Positions 39,087 through 52,839 of a stretch of 64,000 nucleotides of DNA are shown piece by piece (positions within the stretch are counted from its first letter, which is position 1; each line of letters starts with the position of its first letter). The notes beneath the pieces are model-generated. The model saw only the letters and a program-made list of their open reading frames with translations. It was not told the DNA's origin and ran no database searches. The stretch lies in assembly GCA_951406725.2 (NCBI GenBank), contig OX597814.1, forward strand, positions 99,076,001-99,140,000, given 5' to 3'. The translations under genes and the position numbers were made by a program. This DNA is from Octopus vulgaris. Lineage: Eukaryota.

Positions 39087-40838
39087 ATAGGCCACCCAAT
39101 GTTTTGAGACTCTGCTATCTCTATGTTAATGAAACCCAGGATCATGGTAGATTATGGTATATTTCACAATATACTTTAATTTTAATATCTGGTTGACCCT
39201 CTTTTAGTATAAGTTACATCTTTTATACGGTTAGCCTTTAAATCAACTAGTTCCTTGCAGATAATAGACGCAATTTTACTCTATTCTTCTCTCAACTTTT
39301 GGCACGGATGCTCTTTATTTTTAATTGGTGTGTTCCTGATAGTTTCACCAAGAGTTCCCCATAGGTGTTCGATCGGAACTTTGAACTGACCAGTCCTGTG
39401 TCTCAAACCTATTTCTTTATTACCCACAAGGGGCTAAACATAGGGGAGACAAACATGGACAGACATAGGTATTAAGTCGATTATATCGACCCCAGTGCTT
39501 AACTGGTACTTAAATTATCGACCCCGAAAGGATGAAAGGTAAAGTCGACCTCGGCGGAATTTGAACTCAGAACGTAGTGGCAGACGAAATGCCGGTAAGC
39601 ATTTCGCCCGGTGTGCTAACGTTTCTGCCAGCTCGCCGCCCTATGTATGTGTCTCAAACCATTTACGAGTATTCTTTGCTGTACGGCATGGAGCGTTGTC
39701 CTGTTGAAAGATAACACTGTTTTTCAACACTCCTGGATGCAATTTAGCAATTGATGGCTCTAAAGCATCTGGTAACATAGAAATATAGGTAGCTGAATTC
39801 ATCCTTCCCTGACATAAAAACATTTCTCCGGTTCCTGTGGCAGACATGAAGGCCCACACCATGATAGAACCACCCCCATGTTTTACGGTTGGGACCAGAT
39901 AGCCTTAAATGCTTTCCCAACTCTGTGACGCACGAAAGTTGCACCAGATGTACCGAAAACGTGAGTAAAAACATGAAAAATAATATTAGCTTTATGTTGG
40001 ATATAGTTTTATATATTTTGAGCAACAAACCAGATACATTAAGTTTATATGTTGATTGAATACATGTACTATCTTACCTCATAGTTACTTTCATCAGACC
40101 ATATGACTTTCGACTATTGCTCACTGGTTCAATTTGAGTGGTTTTTGGGCCACTGAAGATGTTTTTCCATATTCGCTTCAGAAACCCATGGCTTCTTCTT
40201 GGCTTTGCAGCCTTTCAGACCGTACTCTACAAGCCTTCTTCTAACAGTTCTGATTGATATTTGTGAAATACTTGCCTCATTGAGATTCACACAGAGCTGC
40301 GACTATGTTTTTCTCCTGTTTCTGAGCGACTGACGGGTGATGGAGCTGTCATCATGAGGTGATGTAACCTTTTTCTATCTGTTCCTTTGTATTGTCTTCA
40401 TATCTTTTGTCTCTCTGAAGCGCTTGAGAGTCGTTTGCACCGCCTATCAAAAACATTTCATCTTCTGAGCAATTTGACTTTAAGACATTCCATCTTCATG
40501 ATGAGCTACGATTTGACTTCGCTCACACTCATTCAACTCCCTTGTTTTAGGTATTTTACTGTTTATCAACTGTATCTACAATATATTTTAATAAAAAAAA
40601 ACAATGAAAAAATGAAGGAAACATAAGTTAATTTTGGACGTTGGTCTTACTCATAATTGGTAGCATATGAACAGTACAGTATAAAAGCGATAATTGATGC
40701 TAGAGGATGGTCAACGAGATATTAAAACGAGATATTGTGAAATATACCATAAACTACCATGTGCACGATTTTCATTAACACTGAGATAGTAGAACCCCTA
40801 AACATTGGGGTGGTCTAATACTTTTGGCCAAGGCTGTA
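39087..40838 (-). mobile_element. Tc1-family DNA transposon with long inverted repeats, degenerate
   Basis: EYGLKGCKAKKKP, VIWSDESNYE, PTVKHGGGSIMVWA, FQQDNAPC, IEHLWG; ~39087-39230 inverted against ~40680-40820; terminus TACAGCCTTGGCCAAAAGTATT. Confidence 0.9.
39410..39640 (-). mobile_element. SINE family A (tail 1) inserted into the Tc1 transposase
   Basis: TGTGTCTCAAACC at 39397-39409 and 39648-39660. Confidence 0.9.
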
Positions 40839-41028
40839 TATATACGACGGACCTCTTTCAGTTTCCGTCTACCAACTCCACTGAAAAGACTTTGATCGGC
40901 CCGAGGGTATTGTAGAAGATACTTGCCAAGGTGCTACGCAGTGGGACTGAACCTAGAACCATGTGGTTGGGAAACAAACTTCTTACTATACAACCACGCC
41001 TAAATGTGTGTGTGTGTGTATACACAGT

Positions 41029-41243
41029 CCGATGATGGCTTATTTGGCTGAAATTTCGAAGTCAGTGTCGACAACATTCTTGCATAAAAATAATAATTTT
41101 AATCTATAAAAGTATAGCGTAACCCATTAGATTAATATATATATTATTGTTTGTTTTTATGTTCAGTCACAATAAAAGTCTTTTTACATTAATTTAATGG
41201 GTTACGCTATACTTTTATAGATTAAAATTATTATTCTTAAGCA
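41029..41243 (+). repeat. Hammerhead-like core followed by a ~55-bp inverted repeat
   Basis: CCGATGA-TGGCttatttGGCT-GAAA-TTTCGAAGTC at 41029-41063; arms 41081-41136 and 41188-41243. Confidence 0.7.
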
Positions 41244-41732
41244 TATATATATATATCCAAGATTAGGAAATGAAGTAGACAAAATCCAGACCTCATGTTT
41301 CATAGCTAACAGAACTTCGGAAGTTTTTCTACGCATTTTCAATCGAATCCCTTGCGAGTCGGCATGAAATCCCTTGACAATCTTAACTTCTTTTGATTAA
41401 GGTATCTTTGGCCGAATGGGTAGCTAGCGGATTACCCCTCATTTCGATAATTACTAGTTCCGACGTTCTGCTAACAATGAAGCATACGTAGCCTCGATTT
41501 TATCTACCCCATTCCCTAATTTGGGGTTTCTTTTTGCATACACAGCAACCTCTACTACTAACCGTAAGCTATAAAACAATCTTTTCAGATTATCGAACTT
41601 CGATACAAGAAAATCGCGCAACCTTCTATGTCAATAAAGCACTATTGTTCCTGAAAGATTTTTTGTACCTTCTGCGGACTGCTCGAAACTTACTATCATC
41701 CTACATCTTGATCCTTGGATCTTACCTTTACT

Positions 41733-41848
<116 letters not shown>

Positions 41849-42029
41849 GCACACACACACAGAGACATACATCACTGGGTTTCGATGCGAGTCTCTGTTT
41901 AAGTCTAGCGCCTATATAAATCCTGGATCGAGTACTGATTTGCTGAAATAACAAGAGTACAGTGCATTGTACATATATACATATATACATACATATGTGT
42001 GTGTGCGTGTGTGTGTGTGCGTGTGTGTG

Positions 42030-42072
<43 letters not shown>

Positions 42073-42644
42073 TGTATGTATAATAATAGAATGAGGCAAA
42101 GTGAAGCGGATAAAAAGAATATGTAATGGGGAGAAATAAAGAGAGGTAAATAGAAATAAAAGAGATAAAAGTAGTAGAATGTATTGAAAGGATTCTAAGA
42201 ACCGCCTACGTCTCTCCGTATCCTATTACCAAACATATTAATCCATAAATGATATTTGTCATTGTTCCCTGTCTGGCTTTTTCTTCCTTTCTGTTTCCTT
42301 ATACAATTGACAATGCGAGCATTTCATAATGCCTGATACGGATTTGTCGATATATTATTTTTATAAAACATTTCACCGGAAACAGAAAAAGCACACATAG
42401 AAGCGTATATCTCTTATGATTCTTTTCTGGTTTATCTATCCAATTGTCAATCTGGTTAACTAGTTCAATCTATCTGGTTTCCAATGAATATATGTATCAT
42501 TCTATACACCTATGCAAGTACATATATGCATGCATGCCTACATACATACACACACACATACATACAATACATACATACATACATACATACATACATACAT
42601 ACATACATACATACATACATACATACATACATAAAGGTTAATGA

Positions 42645-42963
42645 TGCCTTTCGGTCATGAATGACCTAGAAAATTCTCCTCCTAGGCACAAGTCCGAGCA
42701 AGATTGTTTCTGGAAGACAAGCATTCACCTATGCATACCAGCCTCCCCTCGCCACACCACTGATGTTATCCAAGGGAAAGGCAAAGGCCGATACAGCTCG
42801 GCACCACTGACGTTGCAACTCATTTCTACAGCTGAGTGAACTGGAGCAACGTGAAATAAAGTATCTTGCTCAAAAATTCAACACACATCGCGGTCCGGGA
42901 ATCGAACTCACTACCTCATGATTGTGAATCCAACGCTCTAACCACTGAGCCATATGCCTTCAC
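42645..42963 (-). mobile_element. SINE family D
   Basis: Reverse complement of 22586-22915. Confidence 0.8.
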
Positions 42964-44252
42964 ATCCCTCCCTCTCTCCCTCCCTCCCCCGCCATCCATC
43001 CATCTATCCATCCATCCATCCATCCATCCATCCATACATACATACATACATACATACATACATGCATACATGTGGTGATTGTTCCATCTTTACAGTTGAT
43101 TGCTGTTTCCTTGTGTCTCTTCCTGGTCAATGGTGTTTCTGACTTATTGCCCGTGGCCTCTCACATGACTATTCCGTCCTGTTGCAGATCTGCATGGTGT
43201 GAAGCATAGGTGACTGATGAGTGCACCCTTACCACATTTGCATCGCAATAAAACTTTCAGTTGATGGAATAATAAATGGGGTCACCATAAAGAGACCTTC
43301 CGTCATTAGATTAAGTGATAAGCACTTGTACAACGCGAATGCCACTCTCCGAGTCTCCGTCTTTGGTATTTAGTGACAGTCTAAATCGAGATGACCAGTT
43401 ATCATGTGAAACCACGGGTTATGCATCAGAGTGTCCCTCTTCTAGAAAGATGTTTTTACTACATCTGAGGGTCTCTCATTTCCGGTGGTTTTATTACGCG
43501 CTCGGACAGCAGTTAATGGTATTTCTGCGTCCCGTGCTCATATAGAATTTTAACTCATAGCTGGGATCCTAACAGGTGCTCTTGCTCCAGGTCAGATTAG
43601 AGATGGGAATAGTAGCTAAGAGGTGGTTCCACACTCAATGAAACCATGAAACTATTGAGCATCTACTACCGCATGCAGTTTAAAGACATACTCAAGAACA
43701 TATACGTATGCATACTTATATACATACATACTTATGTACATACATACTTATATACATACATACTTATGTACATGTGTAAGTCATTTGATAGAAAAAAGAC
43801 TTGTTGGCATTGACTGATTTAGATTAGGTAGTAGAGTCATTTTCATTTCGACTGCTGGCTGATGCTAAATGAGTGGCTATTACATCACAAATTATTTTCC
43901 TTTCCTTTGATTAGAAGTCCCAGTGTAATTTCGGTGGAAGATAGCGTTCGCAGCTATTGGCTTAGATTTAGCAGTTAGATTGTCTCCTCAGTTGTAGCAA
44001 AATCATAGTTCAGTCCTTTTGTTAAGGGACAGAAAAAAACCTAGTGCAGTATATGAAGTTTGCCGCAGTTAGTGTGGCGGTCTTGGTAAGTTGGGAACGG
44101 CCCTGACTATTTGGAGAATACCCCCGGTTATGCGGGATGGGTCAATACCCTGGCCGTGTTTATTGTTCTTTCTTGAATGTTTGTTCTTTTTTTGTAAACC
44201 CATCAGTGTTTGTGTGTGTGTATGCACGCACACACTCACAGGCACGCGTATA

Positions 44253-44321
<69 letters not shown>

Positions 44322-44327
<6 letters not shown>

Positions 44328-44510
44328 TGAAATTTATAGAAAAACAAAAGACAAAGACAGGTGTATGAACATCAAGCAGGTGTATTAGTTTGACGCTCGG
44401 GAAAATAAAAAAAAGTCTTCTACTTTTCGAGCCTACGCTCTTCAAATGAAAGGAATAAAAGAAAGTAAACAGAGACAGAATAATGAAAAAAACTTGTAGA
44501 TTTAACGATG
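44322..44510 (-). mobile_element. Penelope pLTR-like repeat with hammerhead-like core
   Basis: Minus strand TTGAA-GAGC-GTAG-GCTC-GAAA; homologous to 18535-18735. Confidence 0.5.
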
Positions 44511-44524
44511 GGTAAATTGTTACG

Positions 44525-45833
44525 ATTTTATATTTTTATTTCGCGCATGCGCATTGTTTGTTTTTGATTTTGTCGACTACACTATATATTTGGGTACCGT
44601 CTGTGAGAAAAACAGCACCACGACGCAATTCAAACTGCCAGAAATTTGGAAGCGACATGCTGTACTGTCTAGCATTCACGCTGGAAGCTCCAGTACGGCC
44701 TCAGACTAATCACGGAGGCCTACATCGAGTGCCTGAAGGAGGAAATGCTGACCTGGGTCAAGACAGTGGCTGCTGGAAGACCCTATATCTGGCAACAGGA
44801 ATCTGCAGTCGTGGCTGTCAGCTAATTTCTCTGACCATAACATCCCTAACTTCTGGCCACCTAACGCTCCACACTGCAAACCTCTTGATTATTATGTGTG
44901 AAATGCAATTGAGCTGGAGACCAACTAAACTCCCTATAACACCAAAGATGTACTGAAGACAAGGATTATGGCTGCATTCACCAACATAAACAAGGAGACT
45001 ATCCAGAAGAGCTGCAGGAAATTCCGAGGTCGTCTGAAAGCCGTGGTTGAAGCCAACGACGATTTTATTGAATAAATTTACTCTTTTGTATTTCAAGATA
45101 TTTTTATGTAATTTTGCTAAATATATTTGTTACAATGAGCTATCATTGCTATTTTCATTTTTGCATAATTTAAATGACAATACATTCACCGCACCATGAA
45201 GCTCCAATAAGCATTTCAGAGTGTTTGGGTGTCAATCCGAGAACAGTGGAATCTGAGGCCATGTACCGAGACTGATAAAAATCAAATATCCAGTCAACAT
45301 CATAGAGTTTGGAGTGATCACAAGTGATGTCGGCGTTATGTCTCCATTCATCTTCTCGCACATCTCAACACAGAAGTCTACATCAAGTGCCTGGTAAAGG
45401 TAGTACTGCGCTGGGTCAAATGAGTGGCTGCTGGAAGACCCTATGTTTGGCAACAGGACTCTGCAGCATGCCACACAAGCAGGAGTGCCCAGTCATAGCT
45501 GTCAGTTTATTTCTGCGACCACATAACCCCTGACATCTGGCCACTTAACTCCCCAGACTGGAAACCCCTTGATTATTATGTGTGGGGCGATGTCGAACGA
45601 GAGACCAACAAAACTCCTTGTAACACCAAAGATGAACTGAAGAGAAGGATTATAGCAGCATTCACCAACTTAAACAAGGAGACCATCTAGACGAGCTGCA
45701 GGAGATTCTGAAGTCGTCTGGACGCCGTGGTTGAAATCTTTTATGAAATTTTGGTAAATCTATTAAAAAGAGATGTCTGTGTTATTTTCATTTTAGCGTA
45801 ATTTAGACGACAGTTTATTCACCGCAACCTGTA
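44525..45833 (+). mobile_element. maT/DD37D-like Tc1/mariner remnant with two tandem copies of the 3' half
   Basis: GRPYVWQQDSAACHTSR...FCDHITPDIWPLNSPDWKPLDYYVWG; 3' half at ~44710-45197 and ~45200-45833, each ending ATTCACCGCA. Confidence 0.75.
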
Positions 45834-46476
45834 TATATATAAACAAAACAAACAAGAATGTATCAAGCGACAACAAAACATCCGGACAGTTAGACGATAC
45901 AAACCCCCCCCCCAAAAAAAACAAAACAAGGACGAGCCATTCGGAGCTTTCTATCGTCAGTTGAGTTCCAGATCGCCGTTGCAGTTTCGGCCAGTTACAC
46001 TCGAGACTGCTCCAATCTGGCCGACCCCAAGAAAATCTAAGCTAAGAGCACTAGATTCTTTGGAAGAAAGCAAGCGAATGTATACGAAGCAGAGAAATGG
46101 TATACAATTACAAATACAAACAACAGGTGTTTTCGACTAAGGACGAATTAAATTAAGCTGGCGTGTGTGACACTTTTCGTCTCCTGTATACACACACGCA
46201 CACATTCTTTTATTGCTTTATTCTTTCAGTCTGTCATTGGTTTCAGTCATTTGACTGCAGCCATGCTGGAGTACCGCGTTTTTGGCTTATTCTTTGTAAG
46301 CCTGCTATTTATTCTTTCGGACTCTTTTGCTAAACCGCTAAGTTACGTGGACGTAAGCACACCAACATCGGTTGTCAAGCGATGGTGGTGGTGATGGCGG
46401 TGGGGACAAACACGGACACAGACACATAAGTATATATATACATATACACACATATGTAATATATACTTACACCCCT

Positions 46477-46507
<31 letters not shown>

Positions 46508-46976
46508 GATAAGCTTCTTTTCAGTTTCCGTCTACCAAATCCACGCACAAGGATTTAGTTGACCCGCGGTTATAGTAGAAGGTACTTGCCCAAGTTGCCA
46601 CACACACACACACAGACACACGCACACACGCACAAGCATATATACTCACACACAAATATATACAAATATATATGTTTATATATATACCGGATGAATCATC
46701 AGCCTGACGAGGTGAAGACGAGATCAACGGAATCAAAACCTTTATACACCAAATGGGCCAAGAGGTGGGAAAAAGGCGCATACAGGAGTGGTGATGTGAA
46801 ATACTCCAGACTGGGATATCAAAAAGACTACGGTAGTGGCCCAGCATGACCTCAGCCACATGACTGAAACGAGTAGAAGAATAAAAGAATAAAAGAATAT
46901 ATGTATTTATACATAAATACATACACACATATACATATATATATGTGTGTGTGTATATTTATATGTATATACATGA

Positions 46977-47046
<70 letters not shown>

Positions 47047-47104
47047 CATGTGTGTGTGTGGTGTGTGTGTATGCATGTAAAAGTATTTGTGGACAGACAG
47101 ATAT

Positions 47105-47475
47105 AGATATAGTTATTCTTCTGCGAACTAGCAGTTGTCTCTTGGTTACATGGTGTGGACCAAAGAAGAGATACGATGACATACTCGATGAAAATTTTGA
47201 AAAGTGTAACTTAGAGCAGTCTATTTGGAAACATGCAGCACAATGCTGTGTACTGGACACTACAACATTCAAAATTAGATATGATCAGAGAAACTAAAGA
47301 CAGGTACGCTGAACGGAAACCAAGGGTTCCACCGGATCCTGATTCTGGTATTACGTGCCCACACTGTAACAGAGGATTTAATGCCAATATTGACATAATA
47401 AGCCACCTTACGACACATAAAGGGAAGGGTAAAGCTGTTAATTTGGTCATCTACTAAGACGCGAAGGACGAGCAG
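47105..47475 (+). mobile_element. RTE-clade LINE 3' fragment with C2H2 motif
   Basis: ILFCEL...PKKRYDDIL and CPHCNRGFNANIDIISHLTTH, then GGTCATC...GAAGGACGAGC terminus into (TA)n. Confidence 0.7.
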
Positions 47476-47537
<62 letters not shown>

Positions 47538-48804
47538 TTGTGTTGATGTTATAAGAAAGGAGAATATTCAACAGCAGAGTTAGAATTTATTATAACCTAC
47601 TGCAGTTACGAGGATACATTACAGAGCGTTTAATGAAAGCACGTTATTATAGTTCAGTAATTTAATTTTCAAAAGTGCAAACACCTCACAATTTGAAATG
47701 AACTAAAAGAGACTGAGGGAGCCTGATATCCACCGATGCTACAAGTCGGAAATTCCGGGCAGCTGTAGACTCGGGAGAAAATACTTTCTATGAACTTGGC
47801 AGGACGACACTAAATTTCTTCAAGCGTGATGTGCGCATAGAACAGCATGCAGTTTATTTCGTAGGCACATTGAAGCAATCGTTGGGGCCTAAGGCGGATT
47901 TATACGATGGCTTTTTTTCTTTGATATATCCCGTGGAATATGTATACCATTTTTCTCGGAACATGTTGTTCTTTTCAGTTAGTCTATGCATTGTTTTGGA
48001 CATGGTTGTCTGGCGCACTTTACACACATATGTATATAAGTTTGTAATTATACACGTGTTTATGTATGTATGTATGTATGTATGTATGTATGTATGTATG
48101 TATGTATGTATGTATGTATGTATGTATGTATGTATGTATGTATGTATGTATGTATGTATGCATGCATGATCACTCTTTTAATTTTTAGTTTATTTTTGTC
48201 CGGTCACCTTCCCGGTGGCGAGATTGCAAGGAAAAGGAAATTGTCATCGTTTCTTGTTTATGTATGTATATCTGTATGTATGTATGTATGTATGTATGTA
48301 TACACGTATGTACGTATGCATATTTAATGGCATTTTATGCAACATTCATATTCAATCAGAACATTTACGAAAAAAGCAGCTATTTTCCTAGGTTTTACCA
48401 GTACGTAAGAGTACATTAGTCAATAAATGACTTCACTTTATTCAGCAGTTTGAGATAAATGCCCGTTGCGTGATAGCTAATATGTAATCCCTTTTCTTAT
48501 ATATTTATATATTTGCGTGCAACACAGAATGCAGCTGTAACAGGCTTTTTTTTCCTGCAGATTGATGTTTTTAGCGCGTCAATGAATTGGAAAGCCTGAA
48601 TAAGGTAGATGAAAAAGTCATCATATGAAATAAATCCGTGCGTTTTCATGTCTGTGTAAATACAGGCGTATTTATGTATCTATGTGGTTATATTTATTCT
48701 TCAGCCAGATATTGTATTGATTTGTGTGTGCATACATACTTACATACATACATACATGCATGCATACATACATACATACATACATACATACATACATACA
48801 TACA

Positions 48805-48876
<72 letters not shown>

Positions 48877-50554
48877 TATATATATATATATACACGTACA
48901 TCTGTGTGTATTGTGTATGTGTATGCTTGTATATAAATACATATGTATATTTATACAGACACACACACTCACATACGCATATATATACATACATATATAT
49001 ATATACATACATACATACATACATACATACATACATGCATACATACATATGTGTGTGTCTGGGTGTGTGTGTGTGTGTGCGTGTAACTTTCCTTTGATCT
49101 AAACCGGTCGATCACACGCAGATGAATGTTACTACTACTACTACTACTATGAAGGGAAGGATTCGATGTGTATGTCGTTAATTATTTGTGACATTATCTA
49201 TATAATATCACGTACAATAATTTTCCCAATCACACAAACACATGTAAACACATACCCAGACATGCAAACAAATGGGAAACGTGAATATGTTCGCAAAGAC
49301 AAGAAAAAAGTAAAGTATATGAGTAAAATTGTACACGTCATCGAATTCTGGGTGTAATGATCGTTATATTACGTACTAGTTTAAAAGCCGGACTCCGTGC
49401 GGACGTTTAGGCTATTTCCTGTGGAGGGCTAATTGGGCCTGCAGCCCAAAACTAAAGAGAGCTAAATAGCATGACTATTATACATCTATAATGACTATAA
49501 GCCCCGGTGGTGTTTGATCAGAGGTTATAGACGGATGAGAATTTAATTCTGTTATGCAATATTTCTATTGTTCCAGTCTCAAGTTGAATTACCAACTGTT
49601 GGCCAGTTTGTCTTAAAGTTCTTGTCTCGACGTAAAATTAACGATGCGAATGTCATTTATCTCCCCCTTTATCTCTGACGTCATCAGACAAACTAAGATG
49701 GTATGAATCAGCTAAGCTTTACCCGCTAGAAATAGCAACTCAAATGCTTTTAAATCACGTTCCAATGTTGGATGTTAAGAACCAAATGAAGGGCAGATTT
49801 TCACTCCTGGGATCATCCTGATTCCAAAATAAGGTATAATATGTCTATGTAGAGCAAATGTAGACTGAAATACAGAGGTCTTGGACAGATAGAATTTCGC
49901 ATTTATTATTGCAGATGTTCAACATAATTCATTTTTATGTTATTGCAGATGTTCAGTGTACTGTATATTTCTTCAACACAATTCGATGGCCAGAATTTAT
50001 TACTATGTAATACGAGAATCTCTTCTAATATAGGCACAAAACCTGAAATATTTGAGGAGGAGACTGATCGGTTATATCGATCCCAATGCTCGACTGATAC
50101 TTATTTCATCGATCGCGAGAAGATGAAAGGCAAAGTCAACTTCGGCGGAACTTGAGCTCAGAACATGAAGATAGACGAAATGCCGCTAAGCATTTCGGCT
50201 AGCGTGCTAAACGATTTTATGCTATACAAAAATAATGTCTCTTTATTCTTTTTTATTGAATTGGTTTATAGGTTTTTTTCAACAATCTCCAAGGCCGCTA
50301 AGTAAATTAATTATTGGCCGACAAAATGAAAGGTTTCGATTTAAAGAAAATATGAGAAAGAGTAAATCGGGCTTATCCAGTGAAATTCAATTTAACAGGT
50401 ACCTCGTTAAAGCCTCTAAGTCAACGATAGCATTCAACCAACAATAAATTTAATCCACGAATTTAAAGATCGTAAAGTAACTTACAAACAGATCCTTACA
50501 AAATACTCCGAGTGAAGAGAACAATATCTGTAACACTGACAGTATTATATGTTT

Positions 50555-50590
<36 letters not shown>

Positions 50591-50592
50591 TC

Positions 50593-50660
<68 letters not shown>

Positions 50661-51915
50661 ACACGCATGCTATGTACTAATGGTGAAAAAGCTCTTCTTC
50701 ACATTGTTCACATTTTTATAGCTTTCGAAAGATGATATCCCCGTTGACTTGACGGACAGGCCAATGTTCTCCCTAGGCGCGATTCCAATCTGTCGTCGGC
50801 TAATCCATTACAGCTGAATGGACTGGAAGTGTGTGACACGAAATGCTTTTTCTTCGATGCATGTAAATTTGAACACCCACCGTGCATATGAATGAATAAT
50901 TTAATATTGAATTTCTTAAAAAAAAGAAAAAAATATGTTTATATATTCTTCGTGTTTATATACAATGATTTTTAATATATAGATCTACATGCTCTCTGAT
51001 TATAAATGTAAGACAATGTTAGACTTACAAATTGAATAATACAAGGCTTCGGTAGTCTAATATTTTCCTCTACCTTTAAATGTACGCCTACACATTATTA
51101 CATATAGTTCTCAAAAATGTCATATCCCGTCGATTCCCTAACCACACACACACACACATGCACAACACACGATTAGCGACCACCAGCATTCAAGCAAATT
51201 AAATCATATCTCTGGTAATTGATTTGAGTTCTAAATCTCGTTCAACACGACGCATATTTCAAGTGAAAACATGAAAGCGATGTACCTTTTTAGTATGAAG
51301 TTTATATAGTAAAATACAAAAAAAGAAAAATCGTTGAAATATCCAGAGTTTCCTACAGTCGTTATTACATGTCTCGCCAAAGAATTAAATATAATTAATA
51401 TCAGACCAGCTCAAGCAAATTTTGTATTTAATATGTATACAAATTACGTGCCATAATTCGTATAATTGATTCGAGAAAAGTATTGAGAAGTACATACAGA
51501 ACATATGGTTGGCTAAATAGAATACATGAGATGTAGTCATGATACGCACACACACACACATACAAACACAAAATACTCACGGAAACGCACGCATATATAC
51601 GTATACTTACATACATACATACACATGCACGATCGCACACACACAAACACATACATACGCGTACGATTCTAAAATGAGATCAGAAATCCTTCCCGAGCAT
51701 TAGGCTTATAAATATAGTTTCCTAGATTCTATAACGTATATATTTACCCCTGGATGGATCAGTGGTCCGTCTCAGGATTGCAGCTTTTTGTCAAGTGAGT
51801 GGACTGGAGCAATGTAAAATTAAATTTTTCAATCAAGAACACAACGCATCGCTCGGTCTAGCAACTGAAATCCTATTCTTACACTCATGAATGCTAAACA
51901 CCATGCCACGTGTTT

Positions 51916-51968
<53 letters not shown>

Positions 51969-52019
51969 CGAGTGAGTGGACAAACGAAAGAAGTGCACTC
52001 AACAAATTTATTTGGAGTT

Positions 52020-52839
52020 ACATGTATGGTTCAAAACAGTTTGACAAATTCGTTGGTACTCTTGAGTTTCAAGCGTGATGATAGTCGTCAAACATTTTGA
52101 ATTTGAATAACAAATTGATTGTAATTACCGTTAGGTGGCTGCGATTGGTCAAAGAAGGTCACGCGGCGTCGTGGTCCTATGTTGGTACATGGGCAACATC
52201 CGATGGCATTACTAGGCACTATACGGGTGTGACAGCTAATGACCTCAGTGGAAGATACCCCCAGCATATGCACTCGTTGAGATCCAGGGACAGATGAAAC
52301 TCTACTTCCTTGTCCTGTTTTCTCTGGAGACGATGAAAAACGAAGCTCATGATAATCGGAAACCGACAGCAAGGATATAATCTACATCCAATAGGTTCTC
52401 TCTGGCTAGACGGTAAAGAAAAATTATTTTGTGGAGGTTTTGGCAAATTCAGGAAGAGATTCCGTCGCAAAGGCAATAGCTCAACCACAATTCTATCCTG
52501 GTACCCAAGCACTTGACAGAGATGGGTAATAAAACTGTTCCTCACCCTCCCTATAGTCAAGTCTTGTTCCCTGTGACTTTTGGTTGTTCCTCAAGCTGAA
52601 GAAGGACCTGAAGGGCAGTTGCTTTGAAGACATTGAGAAGAAGACGGAGGCTGTGACAAAGGACCTTGACACCTTCGTTTCGGAGGACTTTCATGGTGTC
52701 TTCACGAAGTGGCTGAAGCACCCCAGCAAGTGTATTGAAGTCAGAGGATCATTAGAAGGAGATTAAAGTGTTGTACTTCTTTGAAATTGCTAAATATCTT
52801 CCCTGAAAATGTCTCAAAACATCTGAAATGCACCTTGTA
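52020..52839 (+). mobile_element. Mariner transposon remnant
   Basis: VPHPPYSQ..PCDFWLFLKLKKDLKGSCFEDIE...F.KW...SKCIEVRG matches the PHPPYSPDLAPxDF motif and mariner C-terminus. Confidence 0.8.

Noticed and set aside
43213-43255. CTGATGAG followed by a TGCA/TGCA stem as a hammerhead
   Set aside because: No GAAA box after the stem; probably chance
47233-47457. Host C2H2 zinc-finger gene
   Set aside because: Single finger inside an RTE-type C-terminus with a LINE-like 3' end and frameshifts
47700-47920. Possible hAT dimerisation-domain remnant
   Set aside because: Only vague resemblance (REKILS...SNRWG); too weak to call
48560-48603. 44-nt segment between a good acceptor (TTTTCCTGCAG) and AAG|GTAGAT
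   Set aside because: Stops in all three frames; no support as a coding exon
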